The notes beneath the pieces were generated by a model. That model saw only the letters and a program-made list of their open reading frames with translations. It made no database searches and was not told where the DNA came from. This document shows, piece after piece, positions 1 through 7,294 of a stretch of 61,936 nucleotides of DNA. Source of the stretch: Ignavibacteriota bacterium (GTDB taxonomy: Bacteria > Bacteroidota > Ignavibacteria > UBA10030 > UBA6906); contig PMNE01000030.1 of assembly GCA_003162635.1 (NCBI GenBank), forward strand, positions 23,920-85,855, read 5' to 3'. Each line of letters starts with the position of its first letter. Positions within the stretch are counted from its first letter, which is position 1. The translations under genes and the position numbers were made by a program.

Positions 1-977
1 ACGAACTCATCCACCGGCTGACCTCCAAAGGAGTCCTGCCGATGATTACCTCCTGCTCCCCCGGTTGGATCAAATTCGCAGAACACTTCTACCCAAAATC
101 GCTCGAACATCTCTCCTCGTGCAAGTCACCGCAGCAGATGTTCGGGGCCGTGGCCAAAACGTACTATGCCGCAAAGCTCGGCGTGGACCCCAGAAAGATG
201 ATCGTGGTTTCGATCATGCCCTGCACGGCGAAAAAGTATGAAGCGGGACGGCCCGAGATGGGAAGCGCATTCGAATACTGGAAAGAAAAGCGGGGCTGGT
301 CGGCCGACGACGCGTTCCAGGATGTCGATTACGTCCTGACCACGAGGGAGCTCGCCCGGATGTTCAAGGAGACAGGCATCCGATTCTCCTCTCTTCCCCT
401 TGAGGAGTTTGACAGCCCGCTCGGCGCATCCACGGGCGCGGCGGTGATCTTTGGTGCCACGGGAGGTGTTATGGAGGCGGCACTAAGAACTGCGTACGAA
501 GTGGTCACCGGGAGCACCCTTCCGAACGTGAACTTCGCGGCTGTCCGCGGAATGGAAGGGATCAAGGAGGCCGAGGTGGACATGAACGGCACGAAAGTAA
601 AGGTGGCGGTTGCCCACACGCTGAAGAACGCCCGGCAGCTCCTGGATCAGATCGAACGGGGAGAATCACCGTACGCGTTCATTGAAGTGATGACCTGTCC
701 GGGCGGATGCCTGGGAGGCGGCGGGCAACCAATCCCCACGACATGGGAGATAAGGAAGAAGAGGGCGGAATCCCTCTATAAAGAGGACGCGGGGAAGCCG
801 GTCCGGAAGTCGCACGAGAACCCCGAAATTGCGATCCTCTACAAGGAGTTCTTGAAGGAACCCCTGGGGGATGTCTCCCACCACCTGCTCCACACAACAT
901 ACGTAAAGCGGGGGATCTTCGAGGAGGGCTCGAACGGAGCCGCCAAAGTCAGGGAGGAGAAGGCCGTCCACGCATAG
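1..977 (+). CDS. [FeFe]-hydrogenase catalytic (H-cluster) domain, C-terminal part; 5' end lies outside the window
   Basis: Frame is open from nt 3 (ELIHRLTSKGVLPMITSCSPGW). H-cluster signatures are present: L1-like TSCSPGW, L2 MPCTAKKYE, L3 EVMTCPGGCLGGGGQP. Stop at 975-977. Confidence 0.85.
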   Translation, partial: ELIHRLTSKGVLPMITSCSPGWIKFAEHFYPKSLEHLSSCKSPQQMFGAVAKTYYAAKLGVDPRKMIVVSIMPCTAKKYEAGRPEMGSAFEYWKEKRGWSADDAFQDVDYVLTTRELARMFKETGIRFSSLPLEEFDSPLGASTGAAVIFGATGGVMEAALRTAYEVVTGSTLPNVNFAAVRGMEGIKEAEVDMNGTKVKVAVAHTLKNARQLLDQIERGESPYAFIEVMTCPGGCLGGGGQPIPTTWEIRKKRAESLYKEDAGKPVRKSHENPEIAILYKEFLKEPLGDVSHHLLHTTYVKRGIFEEGSNGAAKVREEKAVHA

Positions 978-1022
978 TCGGCATTCCCCCTTCCCCGCTT
1001 GAGAGGGTGAGTTCAAGACAAA

Positions 1023-1063
1023 GCGGACCGGCGTGCAGGACAGCCGGTCCGCTTCTTTTGTTT
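1023..1063. terminator. Intrinsic terminator between convergent genes
   Basis: GCGGACCGGC (1023-1032) / GCCGGTCCGC (1043-1052), 10-nt loop, followed by TTCTTTTGTTT. Confidence 0.6.
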
Positions 1064-1107
1064 CGCCCGTCACATACGGGTGCACCGTTCTGACGACGCC
1101 ATCCTCC

Positions 1108-1743
1108 TCATTTCGGATGACCGACCGTCTGCGCAAGGATGATCTTCTGATCCGCTCGCAGCTTCAGAGCGGTCGCAAGTGCGGGACGATCGAGCGACGC
1201 ACGAACCACAGCAGCGAGCCCCTGCGACGCACAGTACAGATAGACATTCTGTGCGATAAAACCGACATCGGCGGCGGTGTAGATCTTCTTGTCCTCATCG
1301 TTCCCTTTGCCCGCCCGCGCAAAATCCGCAACATAGACCAGGTTGAGGGGTGCCTCTTTCACGAAGCCCTGGACTCCCGCCAATCCCCGCAGATCGCCGG
1401 CGGCGACAAGTTCGAGCTCGTTCGTCTTCGAATTGTAGAGGTATGTTCCTTCCCGCAGAACCACATAGACGTCGACCTCCTGCCAATTCATGGCAGATGG
1501 CGCCGTCCTTTTCCCCGATTCTTTTCGGTTGATGCCGTCCGCCGCCCAGAGCAGATTGGAAAGGTCTTGCGGCGCAACAAGTGCGTCAGCGAACTCTCTG
1601 GAGGATTGGCGCAACTGCAGCGCTTGCATGAGCGGCTTTCCGATGGTCGTCTGAGGAGGAGAAAGGGAAATTGATTTCGGCTCCTGCGCATCGGCAAGGG
1701 AGAACCCGGCAAGAAGAACCAGAAGAGCGAGCGTTTGCTTCAT
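1108..1743 (-). CDS. Nitroreductase-family (SagB/ThcOx-like) flavoprotein with N-terminal signal peptide
   Basis: Start re-called at the ATG at 1743, preceded by GGAGG. N-terminus MKQTLALLVLLAGFSLADAQE. Nitroreductase-fold motifs: RQSSREF, LSNLLWAADGINR, RTAPSA. Confidence 0.75.
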   Translation of the reverse strand: MKQTLALLVLLAGFSLADAQEPKSISLSPPQTTIGKPLMQALQLRQSSREFADALVAPQDLSNLLWAADGINRKESGKRTAPSAMNWQEVDVYVVLREGTYLYNSKTNELELVAAGDLRGLAGVQGFVKEAPLNLVYVADFARAGKGNDEDKKIYTAADVGFIAQNVYLYCASQGLAAVVRASLDRPALATALKLRADQKIILAQTVGHPK

Positions 1744-1760
1744 GGAAAACCTCCTTACGT

Positions 1761-1795
1761 AAACAAAGAACGTTGCCGCACAGAATAGCGGCAAC
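1761..1795 (-). terminator. Intrinsic terminator after the DinB-like gene
   Basis: On the minus strand GUUGCCGC-N8-GCGGCAAC is followed by GUUCUUUGUUU. Confidence 0.5.
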
Positions 1796-1870
1796 CGTGA
1801 TGGAGCGTGAAGAAGATGTGATCCCCCGTCGTGCTGATGAGCAGAGTTGCGCACGGCAGAGGTGCGGGAA

Positions 1871-2377
1871 CTACGCTTTCCCCTGCTCGGGGTTGGCGGG
1901 TTTCCAGGCTACGACGTACTTGTCCCTCAGCATCAGTTTCGTCATGTAGATGATCTGTCCTGCATGCAACTCCAGATGGGTAAGGGCCGCCATGAGTGCT
2001 GACATGATACTCTCGTCGAACCCCTGAATCCGTCGGGGATCGAGAAGGGATTCTTCAGGAACATTCGCGATGACCTCCCGGACCCTTGCTTCGAGGCCGT
2101 GCAACATGGCGAGCGCCTGATCTCTCGTTGCACCATTCTCGCGCGTAAACTCCGCTTCCCGCTCCCTTCGAAACGCTTTTCCTCCCACGCCGGCATAGAT
2201 CCATTGGTTCAGGTTCCCTTCGAGATGCTGAAGGAGAATGCCAATACTGTTGGAGGAAGGAGAAGGACGGTGCCAGAGTTGTCCGTCATCCAGTTGCCGG
2301 AGCGCCTTGAGTATCCTCGCAAACGCATGCGAAAAGCGAAGCGAGCATTGGTTCAGGAATTCCGTGCGAACGTCCAT
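1871..2377 (-). CDS. DinB/DUF1572-family protein
   Basis: Four-helix DinB-like pattern (LLQHLEGNLNQWI, HLELHAGQIIY). The ORF-track start at 2395 is TTG; the first ATG is at 2377. Confidence 0.7.
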   Translation of the reverse strand: MDVRTEFLNQCSLRFSHAFARILKALRQLDDGQLWHRPSPSSNSIGILLQHLEGNLNQWIYAGVGGKAFRREREAEFTRENGATRDQALAMLHGLEARVREVIANVPEESLLDPRRIQGFDESIMSALMAALTHLELHAGQIIYMTKLMLRDKYVVAWKPANPEQGKA

Positions 2378-2526
2378 CGCTGACGATTTCCCCAAAAAAG
2401 GATGAAGAGACGGAGACCGAAGGATTGAGAAGTGGCAAATGCCCGCGATTTTCGGGGAACTTTCCCCCGCGCACCCTCTGTTGGAAAGTACGGTATTCCG
2501 GTTGGATTATCAAAACAAGCGTGCCC

Positions 2527-2554
2527 TTGACAATTCACATAATTCCATTAATTT
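2527..2554 (+). promoter_or_regulatory. Sigma70-like promoter candidate for the cysK leader
   Basis: TTGACA (2527-2532), 16-nt spacer, TAATTT (2549-2554). Confidence 0.35.
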
Positions 2555-2556
2555 AT

Positions 2557-2732
2557 GAGAAGACATCCGATGAAATCAGACGCCCGAAATATTGCCGAGC
2601 CTTTTCACGCTGCATGTTGTTGCACCCTTTTCTCCATGAAGGGCAGCGCTCGTCCACCTGTTTTCTGATCCAACGTCTTCCTGGTGAAACCGGTACCGGC
2701 CCTTCCTTCGTGAAGGGCTTTTTCGTTTTCTC
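2557..2732 (+). promoter_or_regulatory. Structured 5' leader of cysK ending in an intrinsic terminator (candidate riboswitch/attenuator, class unknown)
   Basis: Closing helix GAAGAC (2559-2564) / GUCUUC (2675-2680). GAAGGGC occurs twice (2638-2644 and 2712-2718), and either copy can pair with GCCCUUC (2699-2705). The downstream pairing plus UUUUUCGUUUUCUC (2719-2732) forms a terminator; the upstream pairing forms an antiterminator. CCCUU (2625-2629) can sequester the first AAGGG. Confidence 0.45.
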
Positions 2733-2798
2733 ATGGGTGTCGTCCAATCCGGGTTGGGCAAACCATCAATTACCATTCTCTCACAGCAAGGAGATCAC

Positions 2799-3713
2799 GT
2801 GAAAGCCAACAACATTCTTGAGACCATCGGCCGGACCCCTCTGGTGAGGATCAACCGGCTCTATCCGGAAGGGACGGAAGTCTGGGTGAAACTCGAAAGG
2901 GCGAACCCCGGCGGGAGCATTAAAGACAGGATCGCGCTGGCCATGATCGAGGATGCGGAAAAGAAGGGAATCCTCAAGAAAGGAAGCGTCATCATCGAAC
3001 CGACATCCGGCAATACCGGAATCGGCCTGGCAATGGTGGCCGCAGTCAAGGGATATCGCATTATTCTTGTCATGCCGGAATCGATGTCGGTCGAACGACG
3101 CCGGTTGATGACGGCATACGGCGCCGAGCTGGTCCTGACGCCCCGCGAGAAGGGGATGAAGGGGGCGATCGAAAGGTCGAAGGAGCTCGCGGCCGCGACG
3201 CCGAACTCATGGGTCCCCCAGCAGTTTGAGAACCCGGCAAACGTGGAAATCCACAAACGGACGACCGCCAAGGAGATTCTCGATGACTTCCCAAAGGGAT
3301 TCGATGTCTTGATCACCGGCGTGGGCACAGGCGGTCACATCACGGGTGTCGCAGAGGTGCTGAAGAAGCAATTCCCGAAGCTGAAAGTGTTTGCGGTAGA
3401 ACCCGCTCTCTCCCCCGTTCTCAGCGGCGGCAGTCCTGGACCGCATCCGATACAAGGAATCGGCGCGGGATTCGTCCCCGCAATCTTGAGGACCGAGCTT
3501 CTGGACGGGATCATCCAGGTGACCAAGGAGGAGGCGTTCACCTATGCGGCAAGGGCAGCAAAGGAAGAAGGCATCTTCCTCGGGATTTCTTCAGGCGCGT
3601 CGTTGGCCGCGGTCGCAAAGAAGATTCCGGAATTCCCTGCCAAGGCCAGATTCCTCACCTTCAACTATGATACAGGAGAGCGATATCTTTCCATTGAAGG
3701 GCTTTTTGCGTAG
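2799..3713 (+). CDS. cysK: Cysteine synthase A (O-acetylserine sulfhydrylase)
   Basis: PLP-lysine motif SIKDRIA and [14 protein letters not shown] start at 2799 with AAGGAG 6 nt upstream. The family N-terminus begins near [14 protein letters not shown]. Confidence 0.9.
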   Translation: MKANNILETIGRTPLVRINRLYPEGTEVWVKLERANPGGSIKDRIALAMIEDAEKKGILKKGSVIIEPTSGNTGIGLAMVAAVKGYRIILVMPESMSVERRRLMTAYGAELVLTPREKGMKGAIERSKELAAATPNSWVPQQFENPANVEIHKRTTAKEILDDFPKGFDVLITGVGTGGHITGVAEVLKKQFPKLKVFAVEPALSPVLSGGSPGPHPIQGIGAGFVPAILRTELLDGIIQVTKEEAFTYAARAAKEEGIFLGISSGASLAAVAKKIPEFPAKARFLTFNYDTGERYLSIEGLFA

Positions 3714-3865
3714 GCGTTTCCGCCGCAGGGCGACGGAAAGGAGAGAGAAGGAAGGCTCCCCGCCCGCTTCTTTTCCGCCCGATGCCAAGTGCCGGAAGAG
3801 CAGCGCAGGAAGTGAAGGCGGGCGGGGTATGCATCAGGGAGAAACCAACAAAGGAAGGATGAGGC

Positions 3866-4354
3866 ATGAGCATCTTTATCGGCGGGCAGCATGAACTGCT
3901 CCCACTGGGCATGTTGTTGACGCTGGCGATGGCCGCGCTGGGCGGATCACCCAACGCAGCCCGGGCGCAAACCGGACAGGAGAAGCCGGAAAGCAAGCCG
4001 TTTATCGTGGAGTATTACTACAAAGCGCGGTGGGGATTCGCCGATGAATTCATCCGTCTTTTTCGGAAGAATCACTACCCGGTTCTGAAGAAAGAGATCG
4101 CACTTGGACGGATCCTCCAAGTCACCGCAACGGGTCCGCGCTTCCACAACACGGAGGACGGACGCTGGGATTACCGCGTGACCATCGTCTGGAAGAACGC
4201 ACAGACGGCATTTGACGACTTCGACCCAGGACCGATCCTGAAAGAGCTGTTCCCCGACCAGGAGACATTCAAGAAGGAGGAACAGCGCAGGTTCGAGATT
4301 CTTCTTGCTCACTGGGACTTGCCGATCACGAGCGTGAACCTGGAGCAGCAGTAG
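3866..4354 (+). CDS. Small secreted hypothetical protein
   Basis: AAGGAAGGA RBS. Signal peptide ending AARA-QT. No recognisable catalytic motif. Confidence 0.55.
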   Translation: MSIFIGGQHELLPLGMLLTLAMAALGGSPNAARAQTGQEKPESKPFIVEYYYKARWGFADEFIRLFRKNHYPVLKKEIALGRILQVTATGPRFHNTEDGRWDYRVTIVWKNAQTAFDDFDPGPILKELFPDQETFKKEEQRRFEILLAHWDLPITSVNLEQQ

Positions 4355-4487
4355 GAGCGCCGGCGGCATCCTCCGTCAAGCGTCAGCACGTACCGCATGC
4401 GGCGGACTCGCAGGGGGAGTCCGGATCGGAGGCTGCCGGAAGATCCTGTGGGGGCCAGGGCGGACTTCCCTCTATTCCATTTCTCTG

Positions 4488-5654
4488 CTAACGGGGCGCC
4501 GCGTCCCCCGCCTTTGCCGGAGCGAGGGCGCAACGCAGATCTTCAATGAGATCCTCGATATCTTCCAGCCCGACCGACAGGCGGATCAGCCCTTCCGTGA
4601 TTCCCGCCTGGGCCCTCAATTGCGGGTCCATGGAGGCGTGAGTCATGCTCATCGGGTGATCGATCAGCGATTCCACTCCGCCGAGAGATTCTGCCAGAGC
4701 AAACAGCTTCACCGTGCGGAGCACATGATGCACCTCCTCCAATCCGCCGTTCAGCTCGAAGGAGACCATTCCGCCGAAGCCGAATTGCTGCCGCCGGGCG
4801 AGGGCGTGGTGCGGATGAGCGGGAAGTCCCGGATAGTGGACCTTCCGGACATTGGGATGGCTGGAAAGGAATTCGGCGACCCGGGCTGCGTTCTGTTCGT
4901 GGAGGCGCATCCTGGGGCCGAGGGTCTTGATCCCTCGGAGCACCAGCCAGGAATCGAACGGTGACGCACCCTGGCCGAGGGCGTTGCAGAGGTACTGGAT
5001 CCTCTCTGCAAGCGCAGGATCATTCACCACGACTGCCCCGCCGACAACATCGCTGTGTCCATTGAGGTACTTGGTTGTCGAGTGGACCACGATGTCCGCT
5101 CCGAGTTCGAAGGGACGCTGGTTGACCGGCGAGAGGAATGTGTTGTCGACAATGGCAAGGGCCTTGTGCTCGTGCGCAATGCGGGAAAGGGCCTCGATGT
5201 CGAGGATATTCAGGAGAGGATTGCTCGGGGTCTCGATCCACACCCCCCGTGTGTTCGGGCGAACGGCAGCGCTCAAAGCGGCAGGATCGTGGAGGTTGAC
5301 GTAACTGATCTGGAGGTTGAATTGTTCCTGGTAGGTCCGGAGAATCCGATCGGTCCCCCCATAACAGTCGTGGGTACAGATGATGTGATCGCCTGACTTG
5401 AACAGGTGCAACACGGTTGCGATCGCGGCCATCCCCGTCGCCACAGCCACCGCTCCAACCCCTCCCTCCAGCGACGCGATGTTTTCCTCAAGCGCCTTCC
5501 GCGTCGGGTTCGACGTCCGCGTGTAGTCATACCCCAGGGTCTTCCCCACGTCGGCGAACCGGAATGTTGAGGTTTGATAGATCGGTGTGATGACACTATT
5601 GTACGCGGTGTCCTTGTCAACCCCCGTATGAATCGCCTTCGTCTGCAGATGCAT
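4488..5654 (-). CDS. Cys/Met-metabolism PLP enzyme (cystathionine gamma-synthase / gamma- or beta-lyase family)
   Basis: STTKYLNGHSD PLP-lysine motif. Typical N-terminus MHLQTKAIHTG. ATG at 5654 preceded by GGGAGG. The ORF-track extension to 5723 overlaps the riboswitch terminator. Confidence 0.9.
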   Translation of the reverse strand: MHLQTKAIHTGVDKDTAYNSVITPIYQTSTFRFADVGKTLGYDYTRTSNPTRKALEENIASLEGGVGAVAVATGMAAIATVLHLFKSGDHIICTHDCYGGTDRILRTYQEQFNLQISYVNLHDPAALSAAVRPNTRGVWIETPSNPLLNILDIEALSRIAHEHKALAIVDNTFLSPVNQRPFELGADIVVHSTTKYLNGHSDVVGGAVVVNDPALAERIQYLCNALGQGASPFDSWLVLRGIKTLGPRMRLHEQNAARVAEFLSSHPNVRKVHYPGLPAHPHHALARRQQFGFGGMVSFELNGGLEEVHHVLRTVKLFALAESLGGVESLIDHPMSMTHASMDPQLRAQAGITEGLIRLSVGLEDIEDLIEDLRCALAPAKAGDAAPR

Positions 5655-5669
5655 GAATCCTCCCGTGAT

Positions 5670-5713
5670 GGAATAAAATGCGAATGCCCCTTCTGATGAT
5701 CGGAAGAGGCATT
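5670..5713 (-). terminator. Expression-platform terminator of the SAM-I riboswitch
   Basis: Minus strand AAUGCCUCUUC (5713-5703) / GAAGGGGCAUU (5693-5683) followed by CGCAUUUUAUU. Confidence 0.75.
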
Positions 5714-5735
5714 GGGTGTCCATCTGCTTCCTCTC

Positions 5736-5850
5736 CTCATCTTTCCCCGCTTGTTCCGCGTGGGGCAGGAATTAGCACCTGACATGGAGCAAACGCTCCA
5801 TCGGTTGCTACGGCGTCACAGGGCCTGATCCCTCAGCCGTTCTTGATAAG
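5736..5850 (-). promoter_or_regulatory. SAM-I (S-box) riboswitch aptamer
   Basis: Minus strand reads CUUAUCAAGAACGGCUGAGGGAUCAGGCCCUGUGACGCCGUAGCAACCGAUGGAGCGUUUGCUCCAUGUCAGGUGCUAAUUCCUGCCCCACGCGGAACAAGCGGGGAAAGAUGAG. All S-box hallmarks are in the canonical order: P1 CUUAUC/GAUGAG, GAGGGA, GGCCC, GCAACC, GGUGCUAAUUCC. Confidence 0.9.
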
Positions 5851-5870
5851 TGAAAGAGTATGTCTTTGAT

Positions 5871-5899
5871 AATATAATAGCCGGGGGACATGGAGTCAA
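5871..5899 (-). promoter_or_regulatory. Sigma70-like promoter driving the SAM-I riboswitch
   Basis: Minus strand TTGACT (5899-5894), 17-nt spacer, TATATT (5876-5871), about 20 nt upstream of P1. Confidence 0.55.
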
Positions 5900-6116
5900 A
5901 TGAGCGATGTGCCTCGGCCGGTTTCCATCCAAAACGGGGCCGTTGCCTCATGGAAGTTTCTCTTCCACATCGGGGAGAGGAAGGGACCCTTCTTGTATTC
6001 ATCAGGGAGATTTTTTCCATGCCCGCAGGGCGGTACCTGCCTGCCGCTTTCGAAAATCGAGGGGGACTTCAAAACAAAGGGAATCAACATTTTTTTTAGC
6101 CGGAGCTGTTGGGGGC

Positions 6117-6145
6117 TTGACACGTCAAATACTATTTATTATAAT
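6117..6145 (+). promoter_or_regulatory. Consensus sigma70-type promoter abutting the lacI-family start codon
   Basis: TTGACA (6117-6122), exactly 17 nt, TATAAT (6140-6145). The ATG is at 6147. Confidence 0.45.
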
Positions 6146-6146
6146 A

Positions 6147-7178
6147 ATGCAAACGATTGCGGGAACGATTGCACTGTCAGACCATACTACAATTACTGAC
6201 ATAGCCAAGCGGGTCGGGTTATCGGCATCGACGGTATCCCGGGCGCTCAACGACCATCCTGACATCAAGGAGGAAACGAAGAACCTCGTCAGGAGAACGG
6301 CGCAGGAGCTCCATTACACCCCGAATCCGATGGCCCAGAGTCTGAAGAGTCGCCGGACCATGACGATCGGCGTCATCGCTCCGGAGATCAAACACGATTT
6401 CTTCTCCTCCGCCATCAGCGGCATCGAGGAGGTCGCCCATCAACACGGCTACACGATCATCGTTTGCCAGTCCAACGAGAGCGTGGAGCGGGAGATCGCC
6501 AACGTCGATGTTCTCATCCATTATCGCGTGGCAGGCGTTGTCGTCTCGATCTCCCAGGAGACAAAGTGCGGCGAGCACTTCCAGGAGCTCCTCCGAAAGA
6601 AGATCCCCCTGGTTTTTTTCGACCGGGTGTGCGACGACGTGCAGGCAAGCAAGGTCGTGATCGACGACGAACGGAGCGCGTTCGATGCCGTCACCTACCT
6701 TCTGCGCAAGGGTTACACCAAGATCGCGCACTTCGCCGGTCCGCAGGATCTGCGCATATGCAGCAAAAGGATGCAGGGCTATGTCGATGCCCTGTTGCAG
6801 CACGGGATTCCGATGGCAGAGGATTTCGTACGCCATGGGGGATTGGACGAACAGGATGGATACCGCTCCATGGACGCACTGATCCGCGACGGGGCGATGC
6901 CGGAGGCGATCTTCGCGGTGAACGATCCCGTGGCCATCGGTGCGTACCAGCGCATCAAAGAAGCGGGTCTGCGCATCCCCGACGACATCGCGATTCTCGG
7001 ATTCTCCAACAGCACAATCGCCAGTCTCGTGGATCCGCCCCTTACGTCGATCGAGCAGCCGTCATTCGACATGGGAAGCCGTTCCGCCGAGATCCTGCTT
7101 GACATTATCGATGGCAGGATGACAGTTCCGCGCACGCTTGTTCTGGAAACAAAGTTGGTTGTCCGAAAATCGGCCTGA
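6147..7178 (+). CDS. LacI-family transcriptional regulator
   Basis: N-terminal HTH ITDIAKRVGLSASTVSRALN followed by a periplasmic-binding-protein-like sugar domain. The first in-frame ATG near the HTH is 6147. Confidence 0.85.
   Translation: MQTIAGTIALSDHTTITDIAKRVGLSASTVSRALNDHPDIKEETKNLVRRTAQELHYTPNPMAQSLKSRRTMTIGVIAPEIKHDFFSSAISGIEEVAHQHGYTIIVCQSNESVEREIANVDVLIHYRVAGVVVSISQETKCGEHFQELLRKKIPLVFFDRVCDDVQASKVVIDDERSAFDAVTYLLRKGYTKIAHFAGPQDLRICSKRMQGYVDALLQHGIPMAEDFVRHGGLDEQDGYRSMDALIRDGAMPEAIFAVNDPVAIGAYQRIKEAGLRIPDDIAILGFSNSTIASLVDPPLTSIEQPSFDMGSRSAEILLDIIDGRMTVPRTLVLETKLVVRKSA
6149..6172. promoter_or_regulatory. LacI-type operator-like tandem sites
   Basis: GCAAACGATTGC (6149-6160) is a near-palindrome around a central CG. 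It is immediately followed by GGGAACGATTGC (6161-6172), so AACGATTGC is repeated with a 12-bp period. Confidence 0.35.
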
Positions 7179-7294
7179 TCGCACCCACTCCTCGCCGCTC
7201 ATCGGCAGCACTCCCGATGGCTGCGTTGACAACGCGAACAAGGGGAACGACCACGCCGCCGCTCCCTGCACAGCACACCAGGAAGGAATAGCGC

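Noticed and set aside
2557-2732. Classifying the cysK leader as SAM-I or as a Cys T-box
   Set aside because: It lacks the GAGGGA/GCAACC/GGUGCUAA core of SAM-I. UGCA specifier-like triplets and a UGGU...ACCGG stretch are present, but there is no compact T-box antiterminator next to the terminator and no AG-bulge or distal-loop motifs. I left it unclassified.
2615-2802. Upstream ORF (MLLHPFLHEGQRSSTCF...) ending in GTGA overlap with the cysK start, as a Cys-sensing leader peptide
   Set aside because: It has only one Cys codon, and that codon is not positioned over the sequestering segment. The ORF runs straight through the terminator, so it is more likely a chance open frame.
5655-5723. ORF-track N-terminal extension of the transsulfuration gene (MDTQCLFRSSEGAFAFYSITGGF)
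   Set aside because: It overlaps the SAM-I riboswitch terminator hairpin. The ATG at 5654 has a GGGAGG RBS and gives the family-typical N-terminus.
6161-6170. Recurrence of GGGAACGATT (6161-6170, and minus strand at 58272-58284 as GGGAACGATTTGC) as a shared regulatory motif
   Set aside because: There are only two imperfect copies in unrelated contexts, so chance cannot be excluded.
7198-7218. Inverted repeat CATCGG-N7-CCGATG after the lacI-family stop, as terminator or operator
   Set aside because: It is a 6-bp stem with no U-tract and has no similarity to the operator-like repeats at 6149-6172.
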